From the IMG/VR virus record IMGVR_UViG_3300009414_000001, positions 25,821-89,820 of that record: DNA of 64,000 nt. One strand, written 5' to 3'. The position numbers and the translations under genes were made by a program. This DNA is from a virus. The notes beneath the pieces were generated by a model. That model was not told the DNA's origin. It worked only from the letters and a program-made list of their open reading frames with translations, and ran no database searches. This document shows, piece after piece, positions 8,657-18,765 of this stretch; the first letter of the stretch is position 1; every line of letters starts with the position of its first letter.

Positions 8657-8738
8657 AATTCATGACTCCTAATTGTGGGCGAATGAAAACTATGTATTAT
8701 ATGAATCACACAGCCATAAACACGATTAGAAGGAATTT

Positions 8739-8975
8739 TTGAAGATGCACACCAAGTTAATTTCACTACTGTCAGAATTAGAAAAACAAGTAAACACAGA
8801 TAAAGTAAAGGCCATCATCGAAGAGATGATCCCGTTATCGGTAAGCTATCAAATGATAGAGCTAAATATAGAAGATGCGATCTCTAATTTTGAAGAGTCT
8901 CACAAAAGAACAGCTACCGACGAAGAAAAGGAGTCTATCAGATTCGGCTTTATGTGTGGGATTAGCTGCGAATGA
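8739..8975 (+). CDS. small acidic protein (positional Coi analogue?)
   Basis: 78 aa, Glu-rich, AGGA RBS, upstream of c1; no recognisable Coi homology. Confidence 0.55.
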   Translation: MKMHTKLISLLSELEKQVNTDKVKAIIEEMIPLSVSYQMIELNIEDAISNFEESHKRTATDEEKESIRFGFMCGISCE

Positions 8976-9280
8976 CCTCATCGATTAAAGTGATATTGTC
9001 TTGCATGCTTGGGCTAATTGGTGGCCTCTGCTTGTTTGATATTATCGGAACGCCCGTAGTTAAATTTAATGAAATGGTAGCCATCATAGTCGGACTGTCT
9101 ATTGTCGGCGTTATATCCAACACTAAAGCTTTATTGTTCGTCCTTACTTGCGCTACATACTCATTCGTTACCTCTATCCATTTCTCCCTACAAGCAGGAG
9201 CAACCCCTATACTCGTTGCTGTTCTCACTTTTGTTATGCTTGTATTTCTCATCGACCAAATAGATAAAAAACTAAACTAA
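8972..9280 (+). CDS. small integral membrane protein
   Basis: About 4 hydrophobic segments; ATGA overlap with upstream gene. Confidence 0.65.
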   Translation: MTSSIKVILSCMLGLIGGLCLFDIIGTPVVKFNEMVAIIVGLSIVGVISNTKALLFVLTCATYSFVTSIHFSLQAGATPILVAVLTFVMLVFLIDQIDKKLN

Positions 9281-9285
9281 TCCCC

Positions 9286-9310
9286 AAAAAGCCGCGAAAG
9301 CGGTTTTTTT
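9286..9310 (+). terminator. intrinsic terminator
   Basis: AAAAAGCCGC-gaaa-GCGGTTTTTTT. Confidence 0.8.
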
Positions 9311-9464
9311 ATGATTAATATTCCATAACAACAACGCATTAGACCTGTCATAACTAGCATTTACCTTGCATATTTGGTAAATTTGGCAAATAATTAGATC
9401 ACTACTTCTACGTTAGTAGATGCTGTTAGTACGGAAACTAATAAAACAATAAAGGGCGATGTGA

Positions 9465-10223
9465 ATGGAGAATAAAATTTTAGATAACAATATAGCCAAA
9501 GCCTACCACGAATTCGAGGCGTTTAGAGCTGAATTCGTTACGAAGTGGTGCGCTCGCTCTAGCTTTAAAGAGAATCGTAAGGACGGAGATATTAGACCCG
9601 TTGTTTTACTACGAACTAAAGAATTAGTTAGTGAGTTAATGGCAGATATCGAAATAGATAAAAGATTACTCGCTATATTGACATCTGAGCCTGAAAGATT
9701 CTCACCCAAGGCCAGTAAATTTAAACCGATCTTAATGCCCGAAAAAGGCGTTACGAAGGTTTCTATTAGTCAGCCGCCAGCGACAAACTCTCGTAAGAAA
9801 ACAAAAACGGAAGTTTTGAGATCATTAGGTCGCTTAGTGGATAGACTTGATCACACAGTTTTAACCACTGGCACACAGCATTCAATTGATGCTTTAGCGA
9901 TTGCGACAAAGGAATATCAATCAATTAAAGATGATTCCGAAGAGGTTTATCGTGTTCGTACTTACGGATATACAGACACTTGTGTTTACCTAGCACAACA
10001 TGGCACCACTAAAGATAAGGTAAGAATTCCGATTACTGGAATGTTTATTATTGATCTGGAAGGTGCTTGCTCTGTTGCCGTTCAAGAAAAGAACGACCCA
10101 AAAGCGGCGATAAAATCATATCCTGTCACGCCAATTGCTTGCTCAGCTATCCTAAAGGGAATGCTGTACCGTCAAAGTGATATTGACGCACATAACGACA
10201 AATCAAAGAAAAAGGCCATCTAA
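9465..10223 (+). CDS. c1: P1-like primary repressor C1
   Basis: YHEFEAFRAEF, DGDIRPVVLL, YRVRTYGYTDT, IPITGMFIID, LYRQSDID match recalled P1 C1 blocks; convergent with pacB as in P1. Confidence 0.8.
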   Translation: MENKILDNNIAKAYHEFEAFRAEFVTKWCARSSFKENRKDGDIRPVVLLRTKELVSELMADIEIDKRLLAILTSEPERFSPKASKFKPILMPEKGVTKVSISQPPATNSRKKTKTEVLRSLGRLVDRLDHTVLTTGTQHSIDALAIATKEYQSIKDDSEEVYRVRTYGYTDTCVYLAQHGTTKDKVRIPITGMFIIDLEGACSVAVQEKNDPKAAIKSYPVTPIACSAILKGMLYRQSDIDAHNDKSKKKAI

Positions 10224-10259
10224 GCGCCATTGTGCCACTTTTTCGAGTGGCACCACCCT

Positions 10260-11756
10260 TTATTCATTTAACCAACTTTCTGCCTCTTCTAGCGCTCTTT
10301 TAGATGATTCTGGTACTTCTACGCTTGCTGGAACATATGGAACAAGCATTGCCATACAATAAGTATCAGATCTATCAGGCGATGATATGCCTTTTTTCTT
10401 CATCTCAGGCTTGGGCATCATAGCGTAAACGCCTTTGTCACTTAATGTGTAAGGCAGCTTAGATGCTTGCTCTTTGGTTTTATCGCTAGCATCAAGCCTA
10501 CAGCGACCTTGCTGAATAGCATACTTGAATCTAAAGTGGCCTTGCGTGCGTTTGTGGTTAAAACGCTTCTTGTCGCTGGTGTTATGGCAGGAATCACCCC
10601 ACTTCATCGCAATAACATCAACCTTAAACTCTTCCTCTAATCGCTGGGCAACCGTGCTACCTACACCATTAGCATCGACAGCAACCGTTATGTTTGGATA
10701 GATATCGCTATAACACTCTGAATAGATTATTTTAGCCATTGCATTAGATTTTATGCTGACTGGGTACTCTGTTAACTTAACGGGCACTAAACGCCTGTTA
10801 AAATCATCTCCTGATATCTTTGCGATGAGAATAACTGACTTATCTCGACCATCACCGATATCAACCAGCGCAACATAACCCCAATCATTAGCAAGCTGTG
10901 GGTTTGCTCTCTGCGCTTTGGTACATTCTTGTATTGATAATAAATCGCCAGCGACTTGATCAGGAAATAAACCTAACACCCTTATTCGGTATTCTTCTGA
11001 ATCTCGACCGCCAAACTCTCGCGCTTTTTCTAGTAAAAATTGCTTTGTGACAAAGCGACTCAGTTCACTGTTAAAAACTAATGGCGTAAAGCCTGTGCTG
11101 TCGCCAGCTCTTTTCGTGTAGGTTGTTTGTGACTTGTAAAACACACCACTTAAGCGCGTAGGCTGAGACAATAAGAGCATCCTATTGTCATCCTCTGTCA
11201 TTGCGCCCGTCATAACATTAAAGGCTTTATCTGATACGCCAGAAGCCTCGTCGACAATATAGATGAAATGAGCATTATGCTCACCAGCAAGCGCCTCTTC
11301 TTGGCCTTGTTTACAGCTTTTTATGCGGCAATTCCATACGCCTTTATGTCCACGTATGAATAATTCCGTTTCAGTAAGTATTATGTGATGGGCGAGCCAT
11401 GGGTGACGTTTTTTGACTTCTGATATAACTATTCTTATGTTCTTCCAAACAGCCGCCCTAACCTGATCAACACTGTTAGCGACTAAATAGATCTGTGAGT
11501 TGGGATAACACAGCATGAATATCAGCACTATCATCGCTGAACTAAATGACTTACCCGTACCGTGACCCGAAGAGATGGAAACTCGACTACCTGTTTGCGA
11601 CACCTCATTAAGCATTATCATTTGCTGGGCGCTTGGGTGAAATTTAGGGGGTACTAAATAAAGCCACGCTTTCAGCCAATCAAACCTAAAGCGCCTTACA
11701 AACTTTAAATACTGAGGTAATTTCGTTATAAGCTGCTTTTTCTTTCGCTTACTCAA
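10260..11756 (-). CDS. pacB: terminase large subunit (pacase B)
   Basis: SGHGTGKS Walker A, YIVDEASG Walker B, nuclease VDIG..D / VDANGVG / SPDRSD. Confidence 0.92.
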   Translation of the reverse strand: MSKRKKKQLITKLPQYLKFVRRFRFDWLKAWLYLVPPKFHPSAQQMIMLNEVSQTGSRVSISSGHGTGKSFSSAMIVLIFMLCYPNSQIYLVANSVDQVRAAVWKNIRIVISEVKKRHPWLAHHIILTETELFIRGHKGVWNCRIKSCKQGQEEALAGEHNAHFIYIVDEASGVSDKAFNVMTGAMTEDDNRMLLLSQPTRLSGVFYKSQTTYTKRAGDSTGFTPLVFNSELSRFVTKQFLLEKAREFGGRDSEEYRIRVLGLFPDQVAGDLLSIQECTKAQRANPQLANDWGYVALVDIGDGRDKSVILIAKISGDDFNRRLVPVKLTEYPVSIKSNAMAKIIYSECYSDIYPNITVAVDANGVGSTVAQRLEEEFKVDVIAMKWGDSCHNTSDKKRFNHKRTQGHFRFKYAIQQGRCRLDASDKTKEQASKLPYTLSDKGVYAMMPKPEMKKKGISSPDRSDTYCMAMLVPYVPASVEVPESSKRALEEAESWLNE

Positions 11757-12756
11757 AATCTTTCTCGCTTAGTTCTTCATCGCCATTATCATGCCCTACA
11801 CTGATGCCGCCATTAAACGCACTCTCTAGTGAAGTAATTTTCGCCAGCTCTGCACCTAATGACTTCTCGAACTCTATAACCTCTAAGCTAAATTCTTCAT
11901 CTGTCATGCCTTCTTCTGGCGTCTCTTCTGGTGGTTCAAGGAAGGTTATTTCTTTTTCCATTTCTTTAGTTAAGGAAATAGGAGGCTCTACCCCGAAAGC
12001 TTCAATAAGCCTTACCGTGTCTGTAGCATTCAGATTATCTCTAAAGCGCTCTTCATAGGCGTTATTGATAATTTGAAGTTCTTCTAGGCGTGTATAGTTA
12101 CTCAGCTCACGCCTTTTCACTTCTATTTCGACTTGTCGCTTCTGAACTTGCGAGATTGTTTCAGCCAACCCTGTCAGTGAAGGAGTTATTGCAGCATCAC
12201 AACGATAACGCTTAAGCACATGAGACTCGCCCTCATTCCACTCAGTCTTGTCGGGTATTTCCTCACTTTCATACAAGTGATCAATAGCGCTGTGCATATT
12301 CGATTGATTTTGCAGTACGAATTCAAGTTGAGCATAAAGAACCGTTAGCACTCGCTCCAATGGAACAGCTGAATCACTGGTATCTCGATCCATGTTGATA
12401 ACCGCCCGTTTAACAATAGGCGCTGGTATATTTTCAATAGGAGTAATAACGCCTGTTTTCTTGGCGTTTGAGTTATTAGCGCGAGCACCTGTTTTTTTGG
12501 GTGCTTTTTTAACGATCGTTGTCGATCTGTTTTTTTTGGCTTTGGAATTGGTTTTTTTTTGAGAGTTGCCCTTTTTAGCGCCATTACTTAGGAATTCTCT
12601 CGCCTTTTTTGTGCTGATATGGCGCTTAGCTGAGCCGAAAGGGATGCCTTTTTTCTCGCAATATGCTTGTACTGAAATTTGCTCAGTATCTAGTAACTTA
12701 GCGTATTCTGCTAAGTGTTCAGCCCAATTTATTCGCTCTGCCAACCCAAACTCCAA
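11749..12756 (-). CDS. pacA: terminase small subunit (pacase A)
   Basis: N-terminal HTH, Lys-rich linker, N.NAKKTG motif, overlaps pacB. Confidence 0.8.
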   Translation of the reverse strand: MEFGLAERINWAEHLAEYAKLLDTEQISVQAYCEKKGIPFGSAKRHISTKKAREFLSNGAKKGNSQKKTNSKAKKNRSTTIVKKAPKKTGARANNSNAKKTGVITPIENIPAPIVKRAVINMDRDTSDSAVPLERVLTVLYAQLEFVLQNQSNMHSAIDHLYESEEIPDKTEWNEGESHVLKRYRCDAAITPSLTGLAETISQVQKRQVEIEVKRRELSNYTRLEELQIINNAYEERFRDNLNATDTVRLIEAFGVEPPISLTKEMEKEITFLEPPEETPEEGMTDEEFSLEVIEFEKSLGAELAKITSLESAFNGGISVGHDNGDEELSEKDFE

Positions 12757-12828
12757 GCCGTGTTACTGGCTCTAAAACCTTTAATGGGCTACATCCTAAC
12801 AAATAAACTAGTTCGCTAAAATTAAAAA

Positions 12829-12916
12829 GTGCGAAAACTGCGAAAAAAGGATCGAATGAGAGTGCGAAAAGTGCGAATTTCGCATAAAAAAAAGTGCGAA
12901 AATTCGCACTTTTTTT
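12829..12916. repeat. TGCGAA repeat cluster with terminator hairpin (candidate pac site or centromere)
   Basis: Seven TGCGAA/TTCGCA copies; AAAAAAAGTGCGAA-aa-TTCGCACTTTTTTT. Confidence 0.6.
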
Positions 12917-12954
12917 GAGGTAACTTAAATTTTTTAAACTTTGCTTATATTGCG

Positions 12955-13272
12955 CTACATATTGTCCTTGATAGCAGATATAAGCTGGTCTTCGTCGATT
13001 TCTTCACGCATAGAAAGCAGGCCACGGATAATCATGCTACGAGTAATACCACGACCTCTTCTGCCTGTTGTTTCGGTTAATTCATCAGCCCACTGCCCAA
13101 ACTCTTCATACTCACCATCAGAACAGCGGTATGAGTGCTGCTCTAATGAGTTGCTATCAGACGTTTTACTGGTCTTTTTTAATTTCTTTTTTTCTTTTTT
13201 TTCAGCATTAAGACGAGCGTTGAAAGCAGACGTCTTACTTGCTGGTATTTCTTTATTTTTTTGTGTTGCCAT
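12955..13272 (-). CDS. small partition partner (type Ib, ParG/RHH-like)
   Basis: Coupled to parA; basic flexible N-terminus; HSYRCS..ITRSMIIRGLL. Confidence 0.6.
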   Translation of the reverse strand: MATQKNKEIPASKTSAFNARLNAEKKEKKKLKKTSKTSDSNSLEQHSYRCSDGEYEEFGQWADELTETTGRRGRGITRSMIIRGLLSMREEIDEDQLISAIKDNM

Positions 13273-14048
13273 TATTCAAGCACCTCTACTATTTCCTTTG
13301 TTAATTCTTTGTATTTCATGGCGACAACAGAGCCTTTCTTATAGGCACACACCGCTTGGTTAGCTACTATCGACTTGCTGACGTTTGCGCATCGATTAAT
13401 TTCAGCTTCAAATCTAGGTATTAGATTCTCTGCAATGTCATGGTCTATCAAATCATTCTCGATAGATGCCCTGCCATCCTTCATCGTGCGGAACATATAG
13501 CACAGCGGCATATCATCTTCTCGCAAGTCCAAAACCTTACTATATAGAGAGGCTGTCGCTTCAACTGACACAACATCACCGATAGGGCTTACAATCAAAT
13601 CAGCTATGTTTATTGCATTAAGTGCAGACAAATCTAAAGAAGGCGCACAATCAATTACTATGTAGTCAAAATCATCGACAACACCCTTTAGTGCTTTTTC
13701 TAATATTTGCTCTCTACGTGTTCTTTGGTGAGCTGCTATCACTGCCTCACCAAATAACGGCGAGGCTGGCGCTATAAATAAATTATCAATTTCTTCCTCT
13801 GTCTTTCCGTCAACAGCAGGAACAATAGCCTTAATCACCTCCACACCTTTAGTTGCAAACACATCGGTCATGGTTACATCAAACGAATACGAGCCACCTG
13901 TCATCACCCTAGACCCGTTTCCTTGATGGTCTAAATCTACCATAAGCACCATACTGCCTTGCTTAGCCAGACAGTAACTTACATTCTTAGCGGTATCGGT
14001 TTTGCCAACACCGCCCTTACCATTTGCTACAACAATAATCTTAGCCAT
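13272..14048 (-). CDS. parA: ParA ATPase (type Ib)
   Basis: KGGVGKT, DLDHQGN, VIDCAP; no N-terminal HTH; GGAG RBS before MAKII. Confidence 0.92.
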   Translation of the reverse strand: MAKIIVVANGKGGVGKTDTAKNVSYCLAKQGSMVLMVDLDHQGNGSRVMTGGSYSFDVTMTDVFATKGVEVIKAIVPAVDGKTEEEIDNLFIAPASPLFGEAVIAAHQRTRREQILEKALKGVVDDFDYIVIDCAPSLDLSALNAINIADLIVSPIGDVVSVEATASLYSKVLDLREDDMPLCYMFRTMKDGRASIENDLIDHDIAENLIPRFEAEINRCANVSKSIVANQAVCAYKKGSVVAMKYKELTKEIVEVLE

Positions 14049-14170
14049 TACGACTCCTTTTTTTGTACCATTGCAATGATGATAGCTCATTACAAACACA
14101 ATTAACACACAAATAAATAACTTTTAACATACATACGAAATACATATAAAACACAATATACTTTCAACAC

Positions 14171-14195
14171 AAAAAAAGAGCACCTAAGCACTCTT
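14171..14195 (-). terminator. intrinsic terminator
   Basis: AAGAGTGC-ttag-GTGCTCTT plus T tract on minus strand. Confidence 0.65.
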
Positions 14196-14214
14196 ACATT
14201 TAGCTATTTGTAAG

Positions 14215-14718
14215 CTATAAAGATTTTATATATTTATATAAATGCTCTTCCCATTCCGTGATACTCATATCGCTAAGTCTGTCGATTCTTATTGAAGTCT
14301 CAACAACCGCATCACCGTCTTTAGTGAACATAGCAATACCTACAACACGCTGAAATTCGAAGTTGTAACCGTACTTAGCAGCCATCTTACAAATACCATC
14401 CTCGGTTACTCTTGGCTTACCATTCGCTGTATAATCTTTGAGATCTTCTTTGTTGATACTGCTAGCAGAATCAGTTAAAACATGATTACCTTGTTTATCC
14501 AGCTTAAGTAAGCTCTTTTCAACCATATCGTTAACCACACGACCATGCACAGCCATAGGAACTTGCTTTTTACTGCTCTCGCTTGTGACCAGTAGCGGCA
14601 CTCCGCTTTTACTATCAAAAACGACCCTACTGCCTATGTTCTTTTTTCTACCTAATACTAGGCCGCTATCAGAAAGTAGCGCACCAATCACATCAGCTTG
14701 TTGTTTTGTTAAAATCAT
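14215..14718 (-). CDS. hypothetical protein
   Basis: 167-aa ORF overlapping the upstream gene. Confidence 0.6.
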   Translation of the reverse strand: MILTKQQADVIGALLSDSGLVLGRKKNIGSRVVFDSKSGVPLLVTSESSKKQVPMAVHGRVVNDMVEKSLLKLDKQGNHVLTDSASSINKEDLKDYTANGKPRVTEDGICKMAAKYGYNFEFQRVVGIAMFTKDGDAVVETSIRIDRLSDMSITEWEEHLYKYIKSL

Positions 14719-15286
14719 TGTTTATTACCATTGGATTAAATTTCGTATTGGGTAACATCATATAAAGCTCTATAGCTCGTATAGCTTCCTCGCAACCCCA
14801 TGCCTTAACTGAATAATACCCGTTATCGTGTAGCAATTCTAATCTTGCTTGTTGAGCTTCCGACACTCTGCCTTTTTTCTTGTCTTTTTGCTTTAATTCT
14901 AGCCTTAAACCGAAATAACCACCCTTAGCGATATCTAGCTGCATATCAGGATAGCCCTTCTTTAGACCTTCTGCATTCAAGTCTATCGCTGTTTTAGTGT
15001 GCCTTTGACCTCCGTTCGGAACAGAAACCAACGACTCATAGATGATTTGGTTATTAATTGAAAAATGATAGAACACTCGAACCTGATCATAATGCTCATG
15101 CTTGCCTTTTATTAACTCAGGCTTTCTAGCAAGCTTTTCAAGTGCGATTTTGTGTGGGCATTTACTCACCTCAAACGTTGCCAAGCCCTTTTTGCTAACG
15201 GATAAAGGACACTTTTTCGCAGTTTTCTTCTTTTTTCGCTTAGCCTGAAATTCATTAAGATCAAACTCTGACATTCTTAAAGTCAT
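14693..15286 (-). CDS. VRR-NUC domain nuclease
   Basis: VPNGG.R, GLKKGYPD, LELK, SEAQ motifs. Confidence 0.85.
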   Translation of the reverse strand: MTLRMSEFDLNEFQAKRKKKKTAKKCPLSVSKKGLATFEVSKCPHKIALEKLARKPELIKGKHEHYDQVRVFYHFSINNQIIYESLVSVPNGGQRHTKTAIDLNAEGLKKGYPDMQLDIAKGGYFGLRLELKQKDKKKGRVSEAQQARLELLHDNGYYSVKAWGCEEAIRAIELYMMLPNTKFNPMVINNDFNKTTS

Positions 15287-15471
15287 TACTCATTTTCTCG
15301 TAAATTGTGCGCTGTTATTTTATCTTTGCTAATCAAAACGATCCTTTAACATTCGGACTTAACGGACGTACAAATCGTGCAAAAAGTAACCTGCAAAACC
15401 AAGTGTCTTAATTCGCTTTTAAAATCAACAGCTTGCTCTTAACTTCGGCTTTAAGTGCTAGACTGTCCGAA

Positions 15472-16074
15472 TTAACCGAATAAAGCCTTGTCACCAGCAA
15501 CATATGTATCAACCAAATCCTCTTCATCATTATCAAGATAGTTTATTGTTGTTTCTGGCTTACTGTGATTTAAAAGCTGCTGTATTTCTTCAAGTGTGCA
15601 ACCATTTTGCTCTCTCAAGCGTGAACCAGACTTTCTTAACGAATGCGTACCTAAATTTACATTGCCTAACCGACCTATTGAGCGCCTATATCTCATTACA
15701 TCGATTTCAACTTCACACATCCACTCCCACACCCTGCCTCTGCTGATAGGGTTTCGACCACCACCGTAGCGACTTTCAAATAAATACTTGTCATTAGGAA
15801 ACTTAAGGCGCATTTCAGTTAATATTTTTATTGCATGTGGTGTTAACGTGATCAGCTTCTTTTTCTTTGTTTTACCTTCAATTATTTTGAATTGACCTAC
15901 ATCAAGAGCAGCATCTATTTGCTTTGTAGTTAATCTTAATAAATCACTAATCCTTAGCGCCCACAAAGCTGTTAACTCTGCTATCCAGCGAGCTTTTATA
16001 CCTCGTTTTTTCTCTAACGAGTCTAAAATCACATGGAACTCATCTTTATTTCTAGCGCTATGAACTTTACTCAT
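15472..16074 (-). CDS. tyrosine recombinase, catalytic domain only
   Basis: LRISDL, EGKTKK, HSLRK, LNH, TINYL. Confidence 0.88.
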   Translation of the reverse strand: MSKVHSARNKDEFHVILDSLEKKRGIKARWIAELTALWALRISDLLRLTTKQIDAALDVGQFKIIEGKTKKKKLITLTPHAIKILTEMRLKFPNDKYLFESRYGGGRNPISRGRVWEWMCEVEIDVMRYRRSIGRLGNVNLGTHSLRKSGSRLREQNGCTLEEIQQLLNHSKPETTINYLDNDEEDLVDTYVAGDKALFG

Positions 16075-16205
16075 GATGAAATATTTACAGTCCCTTTTCG
16101 TCTTGATGAATGAGCTGAATGACTGCTTTTATTTTCAGTCGCTATATTTTTTTTGCTGATTAAGAACTCAAAAGCTCTTCTGCGTTTTGATACTGACTTT
16201 TTCAT
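16071..16205 (-). CDS. small basic hypothetical protein
   Basis: MKKSVSKRRR..., ATGA overlap with recombinase. Confidence 0.35.
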   Translation of the reverse strand: MKKSVSKRRRAFEFLISKKNIATENKSSHSAHSSRRKGTVNISS

Positions 16206-16206
16206 G

Positions 16207-17472
16207 TTATTTTTTCTTTTTCCGTTTAGCTCTGTTTTTAGCTCGCTTAGATTCACTCATCTTTGAACTAATACGCTTAATCTTATCGACCTTCTCATCA
16301 CGACTTAATGAATCATGCTCAGCAAGCACAGCAGCCCCCGTCACAACGTTTGCAGTTTCAGGGCTTATATCTCCGCCTGCTCTTAATTCTTTTAATGCTT
16401 TTCTAGCTTTGGCTTTTGACATTACATTTGAATTATTAACTTGCTTAGCCTTCTTAGCGACATACGTTGTCCTAGAAGCAAGCTCAGCTTGTTTTTTATC
16501 AAAATGCTCTTGCACCTGTTCGAAGTTAACATCAGCAATCAATTCTGAAATTTCTTTCCTCTCAAAAGCGGTAGGCATAGAGACAGCTGTGTTAGCAGCA
16601 AAGATAACTGCATTTTCTTCATCAGTTCCGCACAACACCATCCGTGAAATTCCGTTAGGATGATGAAAGGAGAAAACTGGCTTATTCATATCAAGCTCAG
16701 TGCCATCTACTGCACTAGGCCGCTCTTCACCTACAGGCTGAACGCCAAGGTAAGTCAACCAAGTACCACGGCGTTTATTTTCCCAAAGTACTTGTTTACC
16801 AGAAATTGCCACCAACTCTCGCGCATCTTTCAATTCAGCAAGAGCCTCTTTAAGTTTGTCATTCAGCATTTTGGTACTGCTGTTGTACTGGGCACGCTCT
16901 GATCTAAGTTTCGTTAATTCTTGTTGAAATGACTTTTCAGCTTTTATAAATTTTCCTGCTGACTCATTCTCACGCTTAACAGCAGAAGACACTTTATCTT
17001 TTGATTTGCTTAGCTTAACCATTAACTGTCTATTTGCTTCGTGAGATTGCTCAAGAGCAGGCTTTAGATCAGATAACTCATTTACCAGTGATTTGTTTGT
17101 TTCAGTTAGTTCAGCATTTAATACGCCATTATCTTTTAATGTCTTTACAGAGTTTTCTGACTCTTTTAATTTTTTAGCAAGGTTTAGTCTTATACGGTCA
17201 TGCTCTTTAAGAGATATATACCCAGTACTAACTTTTTCTACTCGATACTCTATTTTTGGTGGTTTAATTCTTTCTTGCTCTAACTGCCAATTTAATGATG
17301 AGACTGTTGCACTAGATCTAGCTAGCTCATCTTTTGTCTTTTGATGGTCAACTGTTTTTTGTAAAAGCAATAATTGAAGAGAGCTGCTAATTTCATCTTC
17401 TAGCTCTCTTGGTATTTCATAGCTGAAACTTTGCACTGCTTTTTGTATTTCTTCATTAAACTGCGTCGACAT
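16207..17472 (-). CDS. coiled-coil protein (possible P1 PmgS analogue)
   Basis: Long heptad-rich N-terminal half, 421 aa. Confidence 0.65.
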   Translation of the reverse strand: MSTQFNEEIQKAVQSFSYEIPRELEDEISSSLQLLLLQKTVDHQKTKDELARSSATVSSLNWQLEQERIKPPKIEYRVEKVSTGYISLKEHDRIRLNLAKKLKESENSVKTLKDNGVLNAELTETNKSLVNELSDLKPALEQSHEANRQLMVKLSKSKDKVSSAVKRENESAGKFIKAEKSFQQELTKLRSERAQYNSSTKMLNDKLKEALAELKDARELVAISGKQVLWENKRRGTWLTYLGVQPVGEERPSAVDGTELDMNKPVFSFHHPNGISRMVLCGTDEENAVIFAANTAVSMPTAFERKEISELIADVNFEQVQEHFDKKQAELASRTTYVAKKAKQVNNSNVMSKAKARKALKELRAGGDISPETANVVTGAAVLAEHDSLSRDEKVDKIKRISSKMSESKRAKNRAKRKKKK

Positions 17473-17983
17473 TTTATAAATCTCATTTCATTAAGTTTTA
17501 GCAACCCCCTTTCTATTAAAGGGTTAATCTAATGCAATACTATAATTTTTTAAATTTTGGTTCAAGTTGTTAGTACATTTAATTAAAAAATAGGCAATCA
17601 GAAAGGTATAGCTTCTTTTTTATACAAAAAGTGATGACCGTTCACCAATACAGTTAAATTCACTTAAGATCCTTTGATTGGATCTACTCACTACGTTATG
17701 AATTCATCTTTTAATGGGGCAAACGAATAAAATAAGCTTATTAACACAAACTAACACCCAAGTTAGCGATCTAATAAAATAAGCCGCTTAATTGCCTTGT
17801 AGACGTTCTTTATCTTTCAAGATGATCAAATAAAAATTTATTGTTTACTCTTGGAGCGCCAGCGACTTAATAAGATATAAATATATATTTAGATATAGTA
17901 GATAATAATAGATAGCGTATATTTCGTGTACAGCAACAAACCCAGTGGTAGCAGTAGTTACAAGGTTTTTTTTCATATATGAG

Positions 17984-18093
17984 GTTATGCGATAGTACTG
18001 TTAAAGTTATGTGATAGTACTCTTTTGGTTATCCGATAGTACGCAAATAGTTATGTGATAGTACTCTTTTGGTTATCCGATAGTACTGTTAAA
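17984..18093. repeat. iteron array B, 5 x 22 bp
   Basis: Core GTTAT(G/C)(C/T)GATAGTAC at 17984, 18006, 18028, 18050, 18072; AT-rich tract about 17870-17915. Confidence 0.85.
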
Positions 18094-18554
18094 AATGGCT
18101 ATAAAAGCCTTAAAACACAGCTTATACAGGGTTAGTAACAACATACTAACAGATTTACTAACAAGTCTATTTTAGCTTTTAACGCCTTGATAGCTTTAAA
18201 ATCACTTAAAAGCGGTAGTTGATGAATGCAAAAAAGTAAAGGATCGTTTGGTATTGTTAATAGCTCTACACGTTAATATTTGCTATCAAATAACGGTTAT
18301 TGCATTCATTGCGATAGCTAACTTGCCTTATAGCCCTAAGCCACTCAAATTGACTCACAGGAGCTAACGGCTGTTTTTTCTATTCTTGTTTGTTTTAACT
18401 GTCAGGATCCCACTGTAGGAATGATTGCACTTAACTAAACAATTAAATACAACATGAGGTAACGCTTGCGTTAGATCTTACATTCTTTCTTCTTTCCCTT
18501 TCTTCTTTCTCTTTAGTGGGCTTTAACGAATTGATTTTAAAGAGGTAATAAGGC

Positions 18555-18664
18555 CACTTAACGACAGTTTAGAGCCTATCTAACGATACTTTAGAGACTA
18601 ACTAACGACATTTTAGAGCCTAATAGACGACAATTTAGAGACTAACTAACGACAAAAATGATGT
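18555..18664. repeat. iteron array A (origin), 5 x 22 bp
   Basis: Consensus TAACTAACGACAATTTAGAGAC. Confidence 0.9.
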
Positions 18665-18670
18665 GGATAA
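18662..18670 (-). promoter_or_regulatory. DnaA box
   Basis: TGTGGATAA = TTATCCACA abutting iterons. Confidence 0.8.
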
Positions 18671-18730
18671 GATCCTTTGTAGCGGAATAGCCAATAAAAA
18701 GCTTTATTTATGGATCGCATTACTGTTAAC

Positions 18731-18758
18731 CTACGACAAAACAATAATATGTCGTTAG
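18731..18758. promoter_or_regulatory. Rep autorepression operator
   Basis: Inverted iteron half-sites ACGACA...TGTCGT just before rep start. Confidence 0.6.
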
Positions 18759-18765
18759 TAGTAAT

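Noticed and set aside
8680-8707. dif-like site after recombinase
   Set aside because: Only the ATAA-TACATA portion resembles dif; no XerD arm
2144-9391. Weak TTGCYAA...TACCA motif at about 2144, 7666-7690 and 9366-9391
   Set aside because: Too degenerate in AT-rich DNA to support without a motif test
17984-18093. 22-bp periodic arrays as CRISPR
   Set aside because: Tandem units with no unique spacers and no cas genes; iteron geometry beside rep
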